Assembly: GCA_052170175.1 (NCBI GenBank) | Contig: JBQNBA010000001.1 | Span: 1 to 61,733, forward strand | Direction of reading: 5' to 3' | DNA length: 61,733 nucleotides | Source: Sphaerochaetaceae bacterium | GTDB taxonomy: Bacteria > Spirochaetota > Spirochaetia > Sphaerochaetales > Sphaerochaetaceae | In this document: piece by piece, positions 17,413-27,858 of the stretch | How positions within the stretch are numbered: the stretch's first letter is position 1 | Layout of the letters: each line of letters begins with the position of its first letter | Program-made: the position numbers and the translations under genes | Notes under the pieces: model-generated | Database searches by the model: none | Seen by the model: the letters and a program-made list of their open reading frames with translations, nothing else | Told to the model about the DNA's origin: nothing

Positions 17413-17541
17413 GCCAATAGAATGCGACAAGGCGGTTTTTGACTAAATCACAGGATTCCAGCTAAGGCGGGAGTTCAAGCAAGGCAAGGGTTGTGCCGGC
17501 GTGGGGTTTTGACCAAGAGCCGCGGTTTTCAGGAGGATGAG

Positions 17542-18873
17542 ATGGGTGCTTTCAAGGCATATGATATCAGAGGGGTTTGGGGAGAGGATGTCACCGAGGA
17601 GCTTGTTTACAAGGTGGGGTATTTTCTTCCAAGGCTGCTTGGATGCAGGCAGATAGTCGTGGGGCGTGACATGAGGGTTTCAAGCGAGACGATGTTTGCA
17701 GCCCTGTCCCGGGGCATCACCGATGCCGGTGCGGATGTGCTGAATCTGGGCCAGGCTTCGACTCCGATGGTGTATTTCTCCACAGTCCACTTCAAGGCGG
17801 GCGGCTCCGTGCAGATAACGGCCAGCCACAATCCGGCCAAGTACAATGGTCTCAAGATAAGCCGGAAGGATGCTGTTCCGGTTGGCGGCGAAACCGGCTT
17901 GCAGGAGCTTGAGCGGATGTGCAAAGAGGAGAAGGTGGCGGTCTCCGGCAAGAAAGGCGTTGTCATCCCGATTGACGGAAAGACTCCGTATCTGGAGTTT
18001 CTTAGGCGCTATCTCCCTGATTTCTCCAATCTCAAGCTTGCCATAGACTGCTCGAATGGAATGTCCTCTTATATAATCAAGGACCTTCTTGGCAGGCAGC
18101 ATATCTATCTGAACGATTGGCTTGACGGCAGCTTCCCCGCCCATGAGCCGAATCCGCTTGACCCTTCGACCTGCAAGCAGCTCCAGAAAGCTGTTCTGGA
18201 CAACAGTTGTGACTTGGGAATCATATATGACGGCGATGCGGACAGGGTCATGTTCATTGATGAGAAAGGCCGCTACATACAGGCGGATTTCGCAATGGCG
18301 CTGATAGGATTGGAAGTGTTCCGGAACAAAGGCGACAAGTGCGTGGCCGATATACGCACCAGCAAGAGCACCACCGAGTTCCTTTCCAGCCTGGGCTACG
18401 AAGTCCTTGTGTGGAAGGTCGGACATGTGCATGCCAAGGCCAAGATAAGGGAGACTGGAGCAGTCTTCGGCGGCGAACTTGCCGGGCACTACTACTTCCG
18501 AGAGTTCTTCTGCTGCGACAGCGCCGCATTCGCAACGATGATGATGCTCAGCGCGCTTGCGAAGGCGAAGCGGGAGGGCAAGAGCTTCTCCGGCCTGATT
18601 GATGGCATTGTCAAGTATTTCTCTTCCGGCGAGATAAACTTCAAGCTTGAAGCGAAAGACGCAGCCATGGAGGCGCTTTATGCGAAGTACGCTCCGGGAG
18701 CGGAGAGAGTGTTTGACTTCGATGGCTATAGGATTGAATATCCGACCTGGTGGTTCAACATCCGCAAGAGCAACACCGAGCCTTATCTGCGGCTTGTCCT
18801 GGAGGCTCACTCCCAGCAGGAGCTGAAAGAGAAGGTGGCCGAGGTCGAGGCTGTTATAAAGCAGTTCAGCTGA
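17542..18873 (+). CDS. Phosphomannomutase/phosphoglucomutase (alpha-D-phosphohexomutase family)
   Basis: Active-site ITASHNPAKYNG and the metal loop GIIYDGDADR. Start at ATG 17542 behind AGGAGG. Confidence 0.85.
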   Translation: MGAFKAYDIRGVWGEDVTEELVYKVGYFLPRLLGCRQIVVGRDMRVSSETMFAALSRGITDAGADVLNLGQASTPMVYFSTVHFKAGGSVQITASHNPAKYNGLKISRKDAVPVGGETGLQELERMCKEEKVAVSGKKGVVIPIDGKTPYLEFLRRYLPDFSNLKLAIDCSNGMSSYIIKDLLGRQHIYLNDWLDGSFPAHEPNPLDPSTCKQLQKAVLDNSCDLGIIYDGDADRVMFIDEKGRYIQADFAMALIGLEVFRNKGDKCVADIRTSKSTTEFLSSLGYEVLVWKVGHVHAKAKIRETGAVFGGELAGHYYFREFFCCDSAAFATMMMLSALAKAKREGKSFSGLIDGIVKYFSSGEINFKLEAKDAAMEALYAKYAPGAERVFDFDGYRIEYPTWWFNIRKSNTEPYLRLVLEAHSQQELKEKVAEVEAVIKQFS

Positions 18874-19013
18874 TCTGGTCGGCAATCGCTGCGGCTCTGC
18901 GGTGGTGTTTGACCCTAATCCATATGTTTGACTGAAAATTGCGGATTAGCGTAGTAATCGGTTCAAAAATTGATGGTATGATAAAACAGGCCTGCCGAAA
19001 CGGTTTTTTATCG

Positions 19014-19042
19014 TTGACAAATGGAATAGGCGGGTTTACCAT
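19014..19042 (+). promoter_or_regulatory. sigma70-like promoter TTGACA-N17-TACCAT upstream of gdhA
   Basis: TTGACA at 19014-19019 and TACCAT at 19037-19042, about 90 nt before ATG 19132. Confidence 0.35.
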
Positions 19043-19131
19043 TTCCACGTTGGATTGCATAGCGCATCCTGCACAGCAGCATAGCAGCATAGCAGCATGG
19101 ATAAACGGATTAATATCCTATGGAGGGTACA

Positions 19132-20469
19132 ATGTACAATTTAGACGAGTTCATGGCGGAGCTTGAGAGAAAGAACCCAGCTGAGCCAGAGTTCATCGAG
19201 GCGGCCCGCGAGGTCATCGCTTCAGTCATCGATGTGGTCAATAGCACGCCGAAGTATCTTGAGAACAGGATTCTTGACAGAATCGTGGAGCCGGACAGAA
19301 CCTTCATGTTCAAGGTCGAATGGGAAGACGACAATGGCAAGATTCAGGTGAACCGCGGCTATCGTGTTCAGTTCAACAATGCGATAGGGCCTTACAAGGG
19401 CGGCCTGCGGTTCCATCCAAGCGTGACGCTTGGGACTCTTAAGTTCCTTGGGTTCGAGCAGATATTCAAGAACAGCCTCACCACGCTTCCGATGGGCGGC
19501 GGCAAGGGCGGCTCGGATTTCAATGCCAAGGGGCGTTCAAATGCAGAGATTCTGCGTTTCTGCCGCTCTTTCATGACGGAGCTTCAGAAGTACATCGGGC
19601 CTGACACTGATGTTCCGGCGGGAGACATCGGGGTGGGCGCCCGCGAGATTGGATTCCTCTATGGCCAGTACAAGCGGCTCAGGGATGAGAATACAGGCGT
19701 TCTGACAGGGAAGGGCATCAACTGGGGCGGCTCTCTGGTAAGACCGGAGGCGACTGGATTCGGAACAATGTACTTCGCAAACGAAGTCCTGAAAGCCCAC
19801 AATGATTCCATCAAGGGCAAGAGAATCGCTGTCTCCGGATTCGGAAACGTCGCCTGGGGCGCTGTGACGAAGGCCTCCCAGCTTGGAGCCAAGGTTGTGA
19901 CCATCAGCGGCCCGGACGGATACATCTATGATGAGGAAGGCGTCAGCACTAAGGAGAAGATTGACTATATGCTGGAGCTGAGGGCTTCCAACAATGATGT
20001 GGTCGAGCCGTACGCCAAGAAATTCGGGGCGAAGTTCGTTGCCGGGAAGAAACCGTGGGAAGTTCCCGTTGACATGGCTTTCCCATGCACCATCCAGAAT
20101 GAGCTGGGGCTTGAAGATGCCCGGCAGCTTATAAAGAACGGGTGCAAGTACGTCATCGAGACTTCCAACATGGGCTGCAAGGCCGAAGCGGTTGAGTGGA
20201 TGCTGGCGAACAAGGTCGTGTTTGCACCGGGCAAGGCGGCGAATGCCGGCGGCGTTTCCGTGAGCGGACTGGAAATGAGCCAGAACTCCATGAAATACAA
20301 CTGGTCTGCCCAGGAGGTGGACGAGAAGCTTCATGTCATCATGAAGAACATCCACGACGCTTGCGTCAGGGAAGGGAAGCAGCCGGATGGGTACATCAAC
20401 TATGTCAAGGGAGCCAATATCGCGGGATTCAAGAAAGTCGCCGATGCCATGTGCGACCTGGGCTATTGA
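19132..20469 (+). CDS. gdhA: NADP-specific glutamate dehydrogenase
   Basis: Typical GDH blocks: GPYKGGLRFHP, LPMGGGKGGSDF, and the Rossmann motif VSGFGNVAWG. Start at ATG 19132 behind GGAGGG. Confidence 0.9.
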   Translation: MYNLDEFMAELERKNPAEPEFIEAAREVIASVIDVVNSTPKYLENRILDRIVEPDRTFMFKVEWEDDNGKIQVNRGYRVQFNNAIGPYKGGLRFHPSVTLGTLKFLGFEQIFKNSLTTLPMGGGKGGSDFNAKGRSNAEILRFCRSFMTELQKYIGPDTDVPAGDIGVGAREIGFLYGQYKRLRDENTGVLTGKGINWGGSLVRPEATGFGTMYFANEVLKAHNDSIKGKRIAVSGFGNVAWGAVTKASQLGAKVVTISGPDGYIYDEEGVSTKEKIDYMLELRASNNDVVEPYAKKFGAKFVAGKKPWEVPVDMAFPCTIQNELGLEDARQLIKNGCKYVIETSNMGCKAEAVEWMLANKVVFAPGKAANAGGVSVSGLEMSQNSMKYNWSAQEVDEKLHVIMKNIHDACVREGKQPDGYINYVKGANIAGFKKVADAMCDLGY

Positions 20470-20506
20470 TTCATCAGAGCTTAGGCATAGAGCAAATTCA
20501 ATTCAA

Positions 20507-20543
20507 GATGCCCTGGGATTTATCCCGGGGCATCGCTTTATTC
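20507..20543 (+). terminator. Rho-independent-type terminator after gdhA
   Basis: 12-bp stem GATGCCCTGGGA / TCCCGGGGCATC (one G-U pair) with loop TTTA, followed by gctttattc. Confidence 0.6.
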
Positions 20544-20618
20544 ACAAACTCTTGAATCTGATGTAAACTTCGCAGGAAGGGACAGGTGTTTTAATCAGTT
20601 TTATGGAATCATGTGAGA

Positions 20619-22199
20619 ATGTACAAGCTGCTTATAGTTGACGATGAAATCTGGATAAGGCAGAGGCTGTGCGAGACTGTCGATTGGAAAAGCATCGAGA
20701 TTGATACGGTGCTTTCTGCAAGAAACGGCAAGGAGGCGCTTGAGATTTCAAGAGAATCTCATCCAGATCTTCTTATAACCGATATCCGCATGCCAATCAT
20801 TGATGGCATCGGTCTTCTTAAGAATTTTGAAAACGAGGGAATACAGGTCAAGACTATAATCTTGAGCGGATACGATGAGTTTCAATATGCGCAGCAAGCC
20901 ATGAAATTTGGAGTCAAGGAGTATTTGCTGAAGCCGATAGATGCGGTTCAGCTTCTTGAAGCTGCGAAGCGGTGTATAAATGAAATAAAAGCGGAGTCCA
21001 AGCAAAAGAGCATTTTGGAGTCTCTTGACAATCAGATTAGAAAAAACAGGCCGCTTCTTAAAAAGTATTATCTTCATGCATTGCTGGCAGACGCTCCTCT
21101 GGGAGAAGATCTTACTGCAGATTTAAGGACTTCGATGTATTCTGATGTGCTTTCTCACATTTGCTTGGTGACGCTGTTCCCCTCCCGCCAATCAGCAAGG
21201 GAAACAGAGGAAAAGGCGAATTCATTCATTGAATCAGTTCTATCGAAGCAGTTTTTCTCCGTTGAAAGGCTTTCGCTTCACCTTAGGGAGACGGCTTATG
21301 TGGTCTCATCGGTGCTAAGCTTGCCTGAGCTTGAAGAGAAAGCTGAAGCGGTTATCGAGAGCATAAGAAGGGAGTTTGGAAAGACGGATAACGAACCTCC
21401 CATGATAGGCAGAGGCTGCTCCTGCGAATCGCTTTTTGCCATTTCTGTTTCGTTCAGACAGGCTCATCAGGCAGTGCAGGGCTTCAAGCCTAAATACGAC
21501 AATGAAGAGCTGCCCAGCAGAGATATTCCGGTTATCCTGACGCCTTTTGCTCTCTCAAGCAATTTGGAAAGAATCAAAGCAAGGATAAATGAAAAGGACA
21601 GGGAAGGCGCAAAGAGCGAAGCTCTTGAGCTGCTTGGGGCCATCTCCAGGCAAAATCCGAATCCGCTTTCTCTGAAAATTCTGTTTTCAGAGTTCTTCTA
21701 TTCAATCATCAAGGACTCCCGTGAGTTATCCGCTGCTCTCAGAGACCTTTCAATTGTAGGTGGGGATCTTGTCAACCTCATTAATGGGATATCCGGCATT
21801 GAGAGCTTTGAATCCAGCATAGATAGGGCAATCTTATTGTTCATAGGCTATATGGAAAGAGCAATGAGCGAAAGGAAACCCAAGAAAGTCATAGATAATG
21901 CATTGGACTATATGCGCAAGCATTTCCCAGAGCCGATTTCGCTTTGTATGATGGCGGATATGATGTCCTTGAACCCTTCGTATTTCAGCAAGCTGTTTGC
22001 AAAGGAGACGGGAAAATCCTTTGTGAAGGTTCTTAAGGGCATTCGCATGCAGCATGCAGTTGAATTGATGAAAGACCCCTCTCTCAAGATTTATGAAATA
22101 GCCGAAAGGTGCGGTTTCTCCGATGTTCAGTATTTCTCCAGGGTTTTCAAGGAGGAGGAAGACATGTCGCCCACAGAGTTCAGGGATAAAATAGTATGA
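20619..22199 (+). CDS. Two-component response regulator with C-terminal AraC-type HTH (YesN-like)
   Basis: Receiver domain (KLLIVDDE, DLLITDIRMP, SGYDEF, KEYLLKP) and a C-terminal AraC HTH (PSYFSKLFAKETG, FSDVQYFSRVFKEE). Confidence 0.85.
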   Translation: MYKLLIVDDEIWIRQRLCETVDWKSIEIDTVLSARNGKEALEISRESHPDLLITDIRMPIIDGIGLLKNFENEGIQVKTIILSGYDEFQYAQQAMKFGVKEYLLKPIDAVQLLEAAKRCINEIKAESKQKSILESLDNQIRKNRPLLKKYYLHALLADAPLGEDLTADLRTSMYSDVLSHICLVTLFPSRQSARETEEKANSFIESVLSKQFFSVERLSLHLRETAYVVSSVLSLPELEEKAEAVIESIRREFGKTDNEPPMIGRGCSCESLFAISVSFRQAHQAVQGFKPKYDNEELPSRDIPVILTPFALSSNLERIKARINEKDREGAKSEALELLGAISRQNPNPLSLKILFSEFFYSIIKDSRELSAALRDLSIVGGDLVNLINGISGIESFESSIDRAILLFIGYMERAMSERKPKKVIDNALDYMRKHFPEPISLCMMADMMSLNPSYFSKLFAKETGKSFVKVLKGIRMQHAVELMKDPSLKIYEIAERCGFSDVQYFSRVFKEEEDMSPTEFRDKIV

Positions 22200-22325
22200 A
22201 AAACACAAAAAATAACAAAAAAGTAATATGGAAGGTGTTTTTTCATGGTGTTAGAATAAAATATGCAGGAATGTCCAAATATCTGGCATTTAGATTGCAA
22301 TTTATGTTGCATTTAGGAGGGAACC

Positions 22326-23348
22326 ATGAAAGCTGCGTTTTTAAAAGCTCCTTACAAGTTCGAATTGCGGGATGTGGAGCTTAGAGATATCCATGACGAT
22401 GAGGTCCTTGTTAAGGTAAAGGCCTGCGGTTTCTGCGGTCACGACAATATTCTGGCCAGGTATGCCGCAAAGGATTGGGAGCCGTTTGGACACGAATTCA
22501 GCGGGATTGTTGTGAAAAAAGGCAAGAATGTGAATCACTTGTCCATTGGTGACAAAGTTGTTGCCGAAACGTCGACTTTTGATCCTCTTGCTGAGTGTGC
22601 GCTCAATGGACGCGTTGATTGGGATCCGTCGGGGCCTACTATAATGGATGGCAAGAAGGAGTCGCTTGGATTTGCCGAATACATCATTGTTCCCGCTGTG
22701 CTTTGCATTAAATTCGATGGGCTGGAGTTTCCGGAGGCCAGCATGATCGAACCTCTTGGTGTTGCTTATGATCTGGTGCTTACCGGTGATATACATCTTG
22801 GAGACGATGTGCTTGTCATGGGGCTTGGGGCAATTGGGCTGATGGCTTTGAAGATGGCCAAGTCAAGCGGAGCCAGGCGGATTTATGCGGCAGAGTTCTC
22901 AAATGCGGTAAAAAAATGCGATCTGGCCCGACAGTTCGGCGCTGATAAGATAATCCACACTGACAAGATTCCGCTTGAGGATTTTAAATTTGAAAAGGGC
23001 GGAGTCGATAGGGTTTTGGTTACAACGCCGCCCAAGACAATCGGATCGGCGGTGACGGTTCTCAAAGAGGGCGGAAAGCTTGCCTTCCTCGGCATAGGAT
23101 ATGGCGAAGAAGCCCCGGCAACATTTGATTCAAACGTTGTCCACCTTAGGAAGCTGACGATTCAGGCATCGAATGCCATACCCGCCTTGTATTTCCCAAA
23201 ATGCATCGATCTGCTTAAATCAGGCTTGGTTGAGACAAAATCCCTCATCACAAACACCTTTGATTTGGACAATGCGGTGAATGGGCTGAGCCAATTCATC
23301 AACGACAGGGCAAATAGCGTCAAGGCTGTCATGGTTTCAAAGGACTGA
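22326..23348 (+). CDS. Zinc-dependent medium-chain dehydrogenase (sorbitol/threonine-dehydrogenase-like polyol dehydrogenase)
   Basis: Zn-ligand region VKACGFCGHD...GHEFSG and Rossmann motif VMGLGAIGL. Confidence 0.75.
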   Translation: MKAAFLKAPYKFELRDVELRDIHDDEVLVKVKACGFCGHDNILARYAAKDWEPFGHEFSGIVVKKGKNVNHLSIGDKVVAETSTFDPLAECALNGRVDWDPSGPTIMDGKKESLGFAEYIIVPAVLCIKFDGLEFPEASMIEPLGVAYDLVLTGDIHLGDDVLVMGLGAIGLMALKMAKSSGARRIYAAEFSNAVKKCDLARQFGADKIIHTDKIPLEDFKFEKGGVDRVLVTTPPKTIGSAVTVLKEGGKLAFLGIGYGEEAPATFDSNVVHLRKLTIQASNAIPALYFPKCIDLLKSGLVETKSLITNTFDLDNAVNGLSQFINDRANSVKAVMVSKD

Positions 23349-23378
23349 ATCGGCAGAACGACGGGATAGACGTTCATC

Positions 23379-25136
23379 ATGGGGGTGAAAATGAACTTGA
23401 GGCAGAAAATCTTCATTTCTATTTTCACTTCCATCTTTTTTGTAGCTCTTTTATCAAGCTTTCTGGTTATAAACAGCTCCGAGGCGACTATAGTGGAGCA
23501 GACGCGCAAGCAAGGAGAGGCCGGGCTCTTCGCTTCTGTCAGTTCGATTGATAATGCGCTTTCGACTCTTGCCAGGCTGTTTTCAATAACCCTTGAGGAC
23601 AGCGAATTTGTTTCCTTGGTCGAAGCGACCAGCAAGATTTCCATAGCTGATAATGCGCAGGAGCATTATGCAGAGCTTTATCAGATTCTTAAAAAGCATA
23701 TGTCTCGAATAAAAGCTCCGCAAGTTTCGCCAGAGATAGATTCAATTTACCTGCACATTATTTCCCGTGACGTGATTCTTACCACAGATACCACATATTA
23801 TGAAGATGTTCCTGACGCCATTTTGTCTTCTGAGCTTGATTCCGGCTGGTTTCTTTCCACGCCCGTGAATTATTTTACGATTTCCGGGCAGAGTGAAGAT
23901 AAAACCCTGATTTCATATGCATTGCCTGTTGTTTCCGAGAATCAAGACACAATAGGCTACTGCATCCTTAATTTGAAGAAGCATATTCTTTCAAGCGCAT
24001 CCGCTCTTCTTCCTTATTCACCAAGCCTTCTTGTATATCACAAGGACTCTGTTCTGTTCTCAGACCTGACTGGCGCATACTCAGACTGGGAGATCCAGAT
24101 GGTTGGCAGGGAGGCCGCATCTTCTTATGTCAGCCACGCCCTGAATCTGCACGGCGGCAAGGAGCTTCTTATATCAGACACATCGGCATACACGGGGTGG
24201 AAATATGCGGCCTTGTTCCGATTTGAAGATTTTCTGAGCCAGCTTTATGAAGTGCGCAAGCTTTTTTTCCCAATCATTCTTTTTGTATTTATTCTTGCAT
24301 CCAGTATCTCGACCGCATTCATGAAATCGGCATATGCCCCTGTTAATGAAACAATCAGAGCCATGAAGGAAATCGGGAAGGGCAATCTATCCGTTCGAAT
24401 CAACGAAAAGCGCTCCGATGAATTTCAGTTGGCTTTTGACGGATTCAATGCGATGGCGCAGGAGCTGAACAGCCTTGTCGATAAGCTCACCACAGAGCGG
24501 CTTCTTAACAAGGAGGCGCGCATAAAGCTTCTTCAAGCCCAGATTAATCCTCATTTTTTATATAATACTCTTGATTCAATGTACAGCATTGCCGTGCTTA
24601 ACAAGCAAGAGCAGATTTCAGAGATGGCATATGCGATGTCCAATTTTTTCAGAGTCAGCTTATCCGCAGGAAAGGATATCATTACGCTGAAAGAGGCTCT
24701 TGAAATATCCAATAGCTACATGACCATACAGAAAATAAGATTTAAGGATAAGTTTGCATATAATATTGATATTCCATCTGGCTTGATGAAAGCGATGGTT
24801 CCGAAGCTGATCATCCAGCCTTTTGTCGAGAATTCCATTTATCATGGATTGGAGCCGCGGGAAGAGGGTGGAAGGCTCTGCATATCCGGGATGCAGCAAA
24901 AGGGCAACCTGATTCTGACAGTTGAGGACAATGGAGTAGGAATCCCAAGGGAGAAGATGCTTTCCATCGAACGGATGCTGAAAGATGATGCCGTGGGGAA
25001 TCCGGAGAACAATTTTGCAATTCATAACATCAATCTTCAGCTCAAATTGATATATGGGCTGCAATATGGCGTCAAGATTGAAAGCAATGAAGCAAAAGGA
25101 ACAAAGGTTGCCATCTCCATTCCTTTCATTGCTTAG
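23379..25136 (+). CDS. Sensor histidine kinase (YesM-like: TM, extracellular domain, TM, HAMP, His_kinase, HATPase)
   Basis: HAMP region (EIGKGNLSVRINEKRSDEF), H-box LQAQINPHFLYNTLDS, and ATPase blocks (ENSIYHG, DNGVGI). An alternative start is at 23391. Confidence 0.85.
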   Translation: MGVKMNLRQKIFISIFTSIFFVALLSSFLVINSSEATIVEQTRKQGEAGLFASVSSIDNALSTLARLFSITLEDSEFVSLVEATSKISIADNAQEHYAELYQILKKHMSRIKAPQVSPEIDSIYLHIISRDVILTTDTTYYEDVPDAILSSELDSGWFLSTPVNYFTISGQSEDKTLISYALPVVSENQDTIGYCILNLKKHILSSASALLPYSPSLLVYHKDSVLFSDLTGAYSDWEIQMVGREAASSYVSHALNLHGGKELLISDTSAYTGWKYAALFRFEDFLSQLYEVRKLFFPIILFVFILASSISTAFMKSAYAPVNETIRAMKEIGKGNLSVRINEKRSDEFQLAFDGFNAMAQELNSLVDKLTTERLLNKEARIKLLQAQINPHFLYNTLDSMYSIAVLNKQEQISEMAYAMSNFFRVSLSAGKDIITLKEALEISNSYMTIQKIRFKDKFAYNIDIPSGLMKAMVPKLIIQPFVENSIYHGLEPREEGGRLCISGMQQKGNLILTVEDNGVGIPREKMLSIERMLKDDAVGNPENNFAIHNINLQLKLIYGLQYGVKIESNEAKGTKVAISIPFIA

Positions 25137-25303
25137 ATGCCCAAGATGCATTTGCTTTCATTGCGGCGATGTGCAACAAGAAATCGATTGACAAAAAAAT
25201 GCAAAAAAGAACTAATAATTCGTGTTGTTGGCTGAAAAGCGGCTCCATATAATTATTTATAGTCGGGAAGTTCCGATCATTGTCTGCACAAGGAGGTAAT
25301 TGT

Positions 25304-26317
25304 ATGGACAAAAAAATCATCAGCATTCTATTGATAATGGTGCTTGTCTCTCCATTTGCGATTTTCGCCAATGGCGCGAAGGAGGCGAGTTCGGCTTCCA
25401 AGTCTCTTGCTCCGGAAGATATAACAGTCGCTGGAATAGTGTATCTGGAAGACCAGTTCATGAAATTGCTTACAAAAGGATATCAGGATGCCGCCAAGGC
25501 CGCCGGCGTCAAGTGTCTTACAAGCAATGTCAACAATGATCAGTCCAAGGAAACGAATCTGATTAACACCTATATCGCTCAGGGGATAAACGGAATCGCA
25601 ATTGCGCCTCTTAACGAAGAATCATCCATAGTCGCCGTTAAGAACGCCGCCAATAATGGATTGAAAGTGACCCTTGCCGACAGCACCCTTCTGAACGCAG
25701 AGTTCATTGTGGGCGGATTCACATCCGATCAGTCACAGCTCGGGTCTTCCACTGGAGCCGTTGCTGCGAAGTTCATCCAAGAGAAGCTTGGGGGAAAAGC
25801 AAAGATCGGCATTGTCCAGTTCAAATCTCTGCTCCCGGAAAAAAGCTCCGCTCGTGTGAATGGCTTCCTCAGCCAGGTCAAGAATCTCCCCGGTGTCGAA
25901 GTTGTTGCAGACCAGGATGCATGGATGCAGGATACGGCAGTATCCACTTGCAGCGATATGCTCACCGCTCATCCCGAAATCAACTTGATTTTCGCAGCGA
26001 ATGACGGCGGCACTGTAGGATCCACCATGGCTGTCAGAAATGCGGGCAAGGCTGGGAAGGTATTCGTTTTCGGAATAGATGCCAGCGAACAGATCGCATC
26101 AATGCTTCAGTCGGATGACAACGTGCTTCAGGCAGTTACAGGCCAGGATCCCTATCAGATGGGTTACGAGGCCATGTCGTTGCTTATCGAGGCCATTGAG
26201 GGAAAGGATACAGGGAAAGCCGGTCAGGTCCTTATTGTTGACGGTCTTCTTCTTGACAGGTCGAACCAGAAGGGAATCTCTGAGTTCCTCGTGAATCTGG
26301 CAGAGAGAACGAAATAA
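25304..26317 (+). CDS. Sugar ABC transporter periplasmic binding protein (RbsB/PBP1 type)
   Basis: Signal peptide MDKKIISILLIMVLVSPFAIFANG behind AAGGAGG, and a PBP1-like sequence (GINGIAIAPLN...FAANDGG). Confidence 0.8.
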   Translation: MDKKIISILLIMVLVSPFAIFANGAKEASSASKSLAPEDITVAGIVYLEDQFMKLLTKGYQDAAKAAGVKCLTSNVNNDQSKETNLINTYIAQGINGIAIAPLNEESSIVAVKNAANNGLKVTLADSTLLNAEFIVGGFTSDQSQLGSSTGAVAAKFIQEKLGGKAKIGIVQFKSLLPEKSSARVNGFLSQVKNLPGVEVVADQDAWMQDTAVSTCSDMLTAHPEINLIFAANDGGTVGSTMAVRNAGKAGKVFVFGIDASEQIASMLQSDDNVLQAVTGQDPYQMGYEAMSLLIEAIEGKDTGKAGQVLIVDGLLLDRSNQKGISEFLVNLAERTK

Positions 26318-26364
26318 GCATCTAGGAATCAGACTCGGGGAAAAGGCAGCGAATCGGAGGGAAT

Positions 26365-27858
26365 ATGGGCGTTTTGGAAGCTAGGGGCATCACCAAGATC
26401 TTCCCAGGAACAGTGGCTCTTGATAATGTGAATGTTTCATTTGCAAGCGGGGGGATCCATGCTCTGGTCGGGAAGAATGGTTCAGGAAAATCCACTTTGC
26501 TCAAGGTCATATCAGGCGCCCAGAAAGCAACCTGCGGTGAGCTTTATCTTGATGGCTCGAAACTTGAAATAGATTGCACTTTTGATGCTTTCAGCAAGGG
26601 GATAGCCACTGTTTACCAAGAACTGAGTTTGATTCCAACATTGACCGTAATGGAGAACATTCTGATCAATCGCCTTCCGGCTAAAAGGGGGCTTATTGAT
26701 TGGAAAGCTGCGCAAACCAAGGCGGAAGGGATTCTTGATAGCCTTGAAATCGATATCCCGGCTGATGAGGTGGTCTCAAATCTGAGCATGTGGCAGATGC
26801 AGATGGTTGAAATAGCCAAGGCGATGAGCTTCAACCCCAAGGTCCTGCTTCTTGATGAGCCCACCTCTGCCTTGAATAAAAGCGAGGTTGAGAATTTATT
26901 CAGGATAATAAAGAATCTCAAGATGCGGGATATAATAATCATTTATGTTTCGCACAAGCTTGACGAGCTTTGGGAGGCTGCGGATCATTGCACGGTTCTA
27001 AGAGATGGGAAACTGATTGGCACCGTTGAGATGAAATCAACCAGTCACAAAGATTTGATTCACATGATGTTCGGCGATGTTGTTATCCCGAAGCGCCCCA
27101 AAGTTTCATATGTTTCCGATCAGGTTGTGCTGAAAGTTGAGCATTTGACCAGAGACAGGGCTTTCAAGGATATCTCATTCGAGCTCAGGAAGGGCGAGAT
27201 TCTTGGAATAGCGGGGATGCTGGGCTCTGGCAGGACCGAGCTTCTCAGGGCTATCTTCGGAGCAGACCAGTTTGATTCCGGAACAATTGAATTCGGCGGC
27301 GAAACCATGACATCCGCCAATCTTATCAAAATGAAGAGCCTTGGGATGGCGCTCACGCCGGAAGATAGAAAAACCCAGGGCCTGATTCTCGATGCCTCAA
27401 TTCGGGAGAATCTCTGCTATGCAAGTCTTGACTTGCTTGCCAGCAAGCATGGATTGATGAAGGTGGAAAAGGAAAAGCATTTTTCCAAGAAGCAGATCAG
27501 CAACCTTCAGATCAAGATTTCAAGCGACGAAGAGAAGGTTTACAACCTTTCTGGAGGCAATCAGCAGAAAGTCGTCATAGGCAACTGGCTTAATACGGAG
27601 CCTAGTGTCATGTTGTTTGACGAACCCTCAAGAGGCATTGATGTCAATGCCAAGCAGCAGATTTTCAAAATCATGTGGGAGCAATCAAAGAAAGGCGTTT
27701 CCTGCATTATGGTTTCAACTGAATTGGAGGAGCTTCTTGAAGTCTGTGACCGTATATTGATTCTTTGGGGAGGGGAGATAATCGGAGAAATCAAAGATCC
27801 CCAGAGGCGCACAAGCAATGAAATCTATGAACTTTGCATGAAAGGGAAAACAGTATGA
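26365..27858 (+). CDS. Sugar ABC transporter ATP-binding protein with duplicated ABC domains (RbsA/MglA type)
   Basis: Walker A GKNGSGKST, Walker B LLLDEPTSAL, and a second signature LSGGNQQKV plus MLFDEPSRGID. Confidence 0.9.
   Translation: MGVLEARGITKIFPGTVALDNVNVSFASGGIHALVGKNGSGKSTLLKVISGAQKATCGELYLDGSKLEIDCTFDAFSKGIATVYQELSLIPTLTVMENILINRLPAKRGLIDWKAAQTKAEGILDSLEIDIPADEVVSNLSMWQMQMVEIAKAMSFNPKVLLLDEPTSALNKSEVENLFRIIKNLKMRDIIIIYVSHKLDELWEAADHCTVLRDGKLIGTVEMKSTSHKDLIHMMFGDVVIPKRPKVSYVSDQVVLKVEHLTRDRAFKDISFELRKGEILGIAGMLGSGRTELLRAIFGADQFDSGTIEFGGETMTSANLIKMKSLGMALTPEDRKTQGLILDASIRENLCYASLDLLASKHGLMKVEKEKHFSKKQISNLQIKISSDEEKVYNLSGGNQQKVVIGNWLNTEPSVMLFDEPSRGIDVNAKQQIFKIMWEQSKKGVSCIMVSTELEELLEVCDRILILWGGEIIGEIKDPQRRTSNEIYELCMKGKTV

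Noticed and set aside
17680-18885. A 401-aa ORF on the minus strand covering the whole phosphohexomutase gene. Similar long antisense ORFs occur at 771..1517(-), 6829..7563(-), 13795..14649(+), 15308..16072(+), 19537..20355(-), 30707..31486(-), 33079..33957(-), 49117..49767(+), 55126..55716(-), 56161..56778(-), 58137..58775(-) and 58249..58905(-).
   Set aside because: Each lies opposite a gene with clear family motifs. Their translations are Arg/Pro/Gly/His-rich low-complexity sequences with no recognisable motifs. This is typical of shadow ORFs in moderately GC-rich coding DNA.
22286-22316. A direct repeat of GCATTTAG (22286 and 22309) upstream of the dehydrogenase gene, considered as an AraC-type regulator binding site.
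   Set aside because: Only 8 bp are shared, and the second copy overlaps the SD region. A chance occurrence in AT-rich DNA cannot be excluded.
25188-25218. TTGACA followed by TAATAA upstream of the RbsB-like binding-protein gene, considered as a promoter.
   Set aside because: The spacer is 19 nt for the best -10 hexamer and the surrounding sequence is an A-rich tract. This is too weak to call without TSS data.
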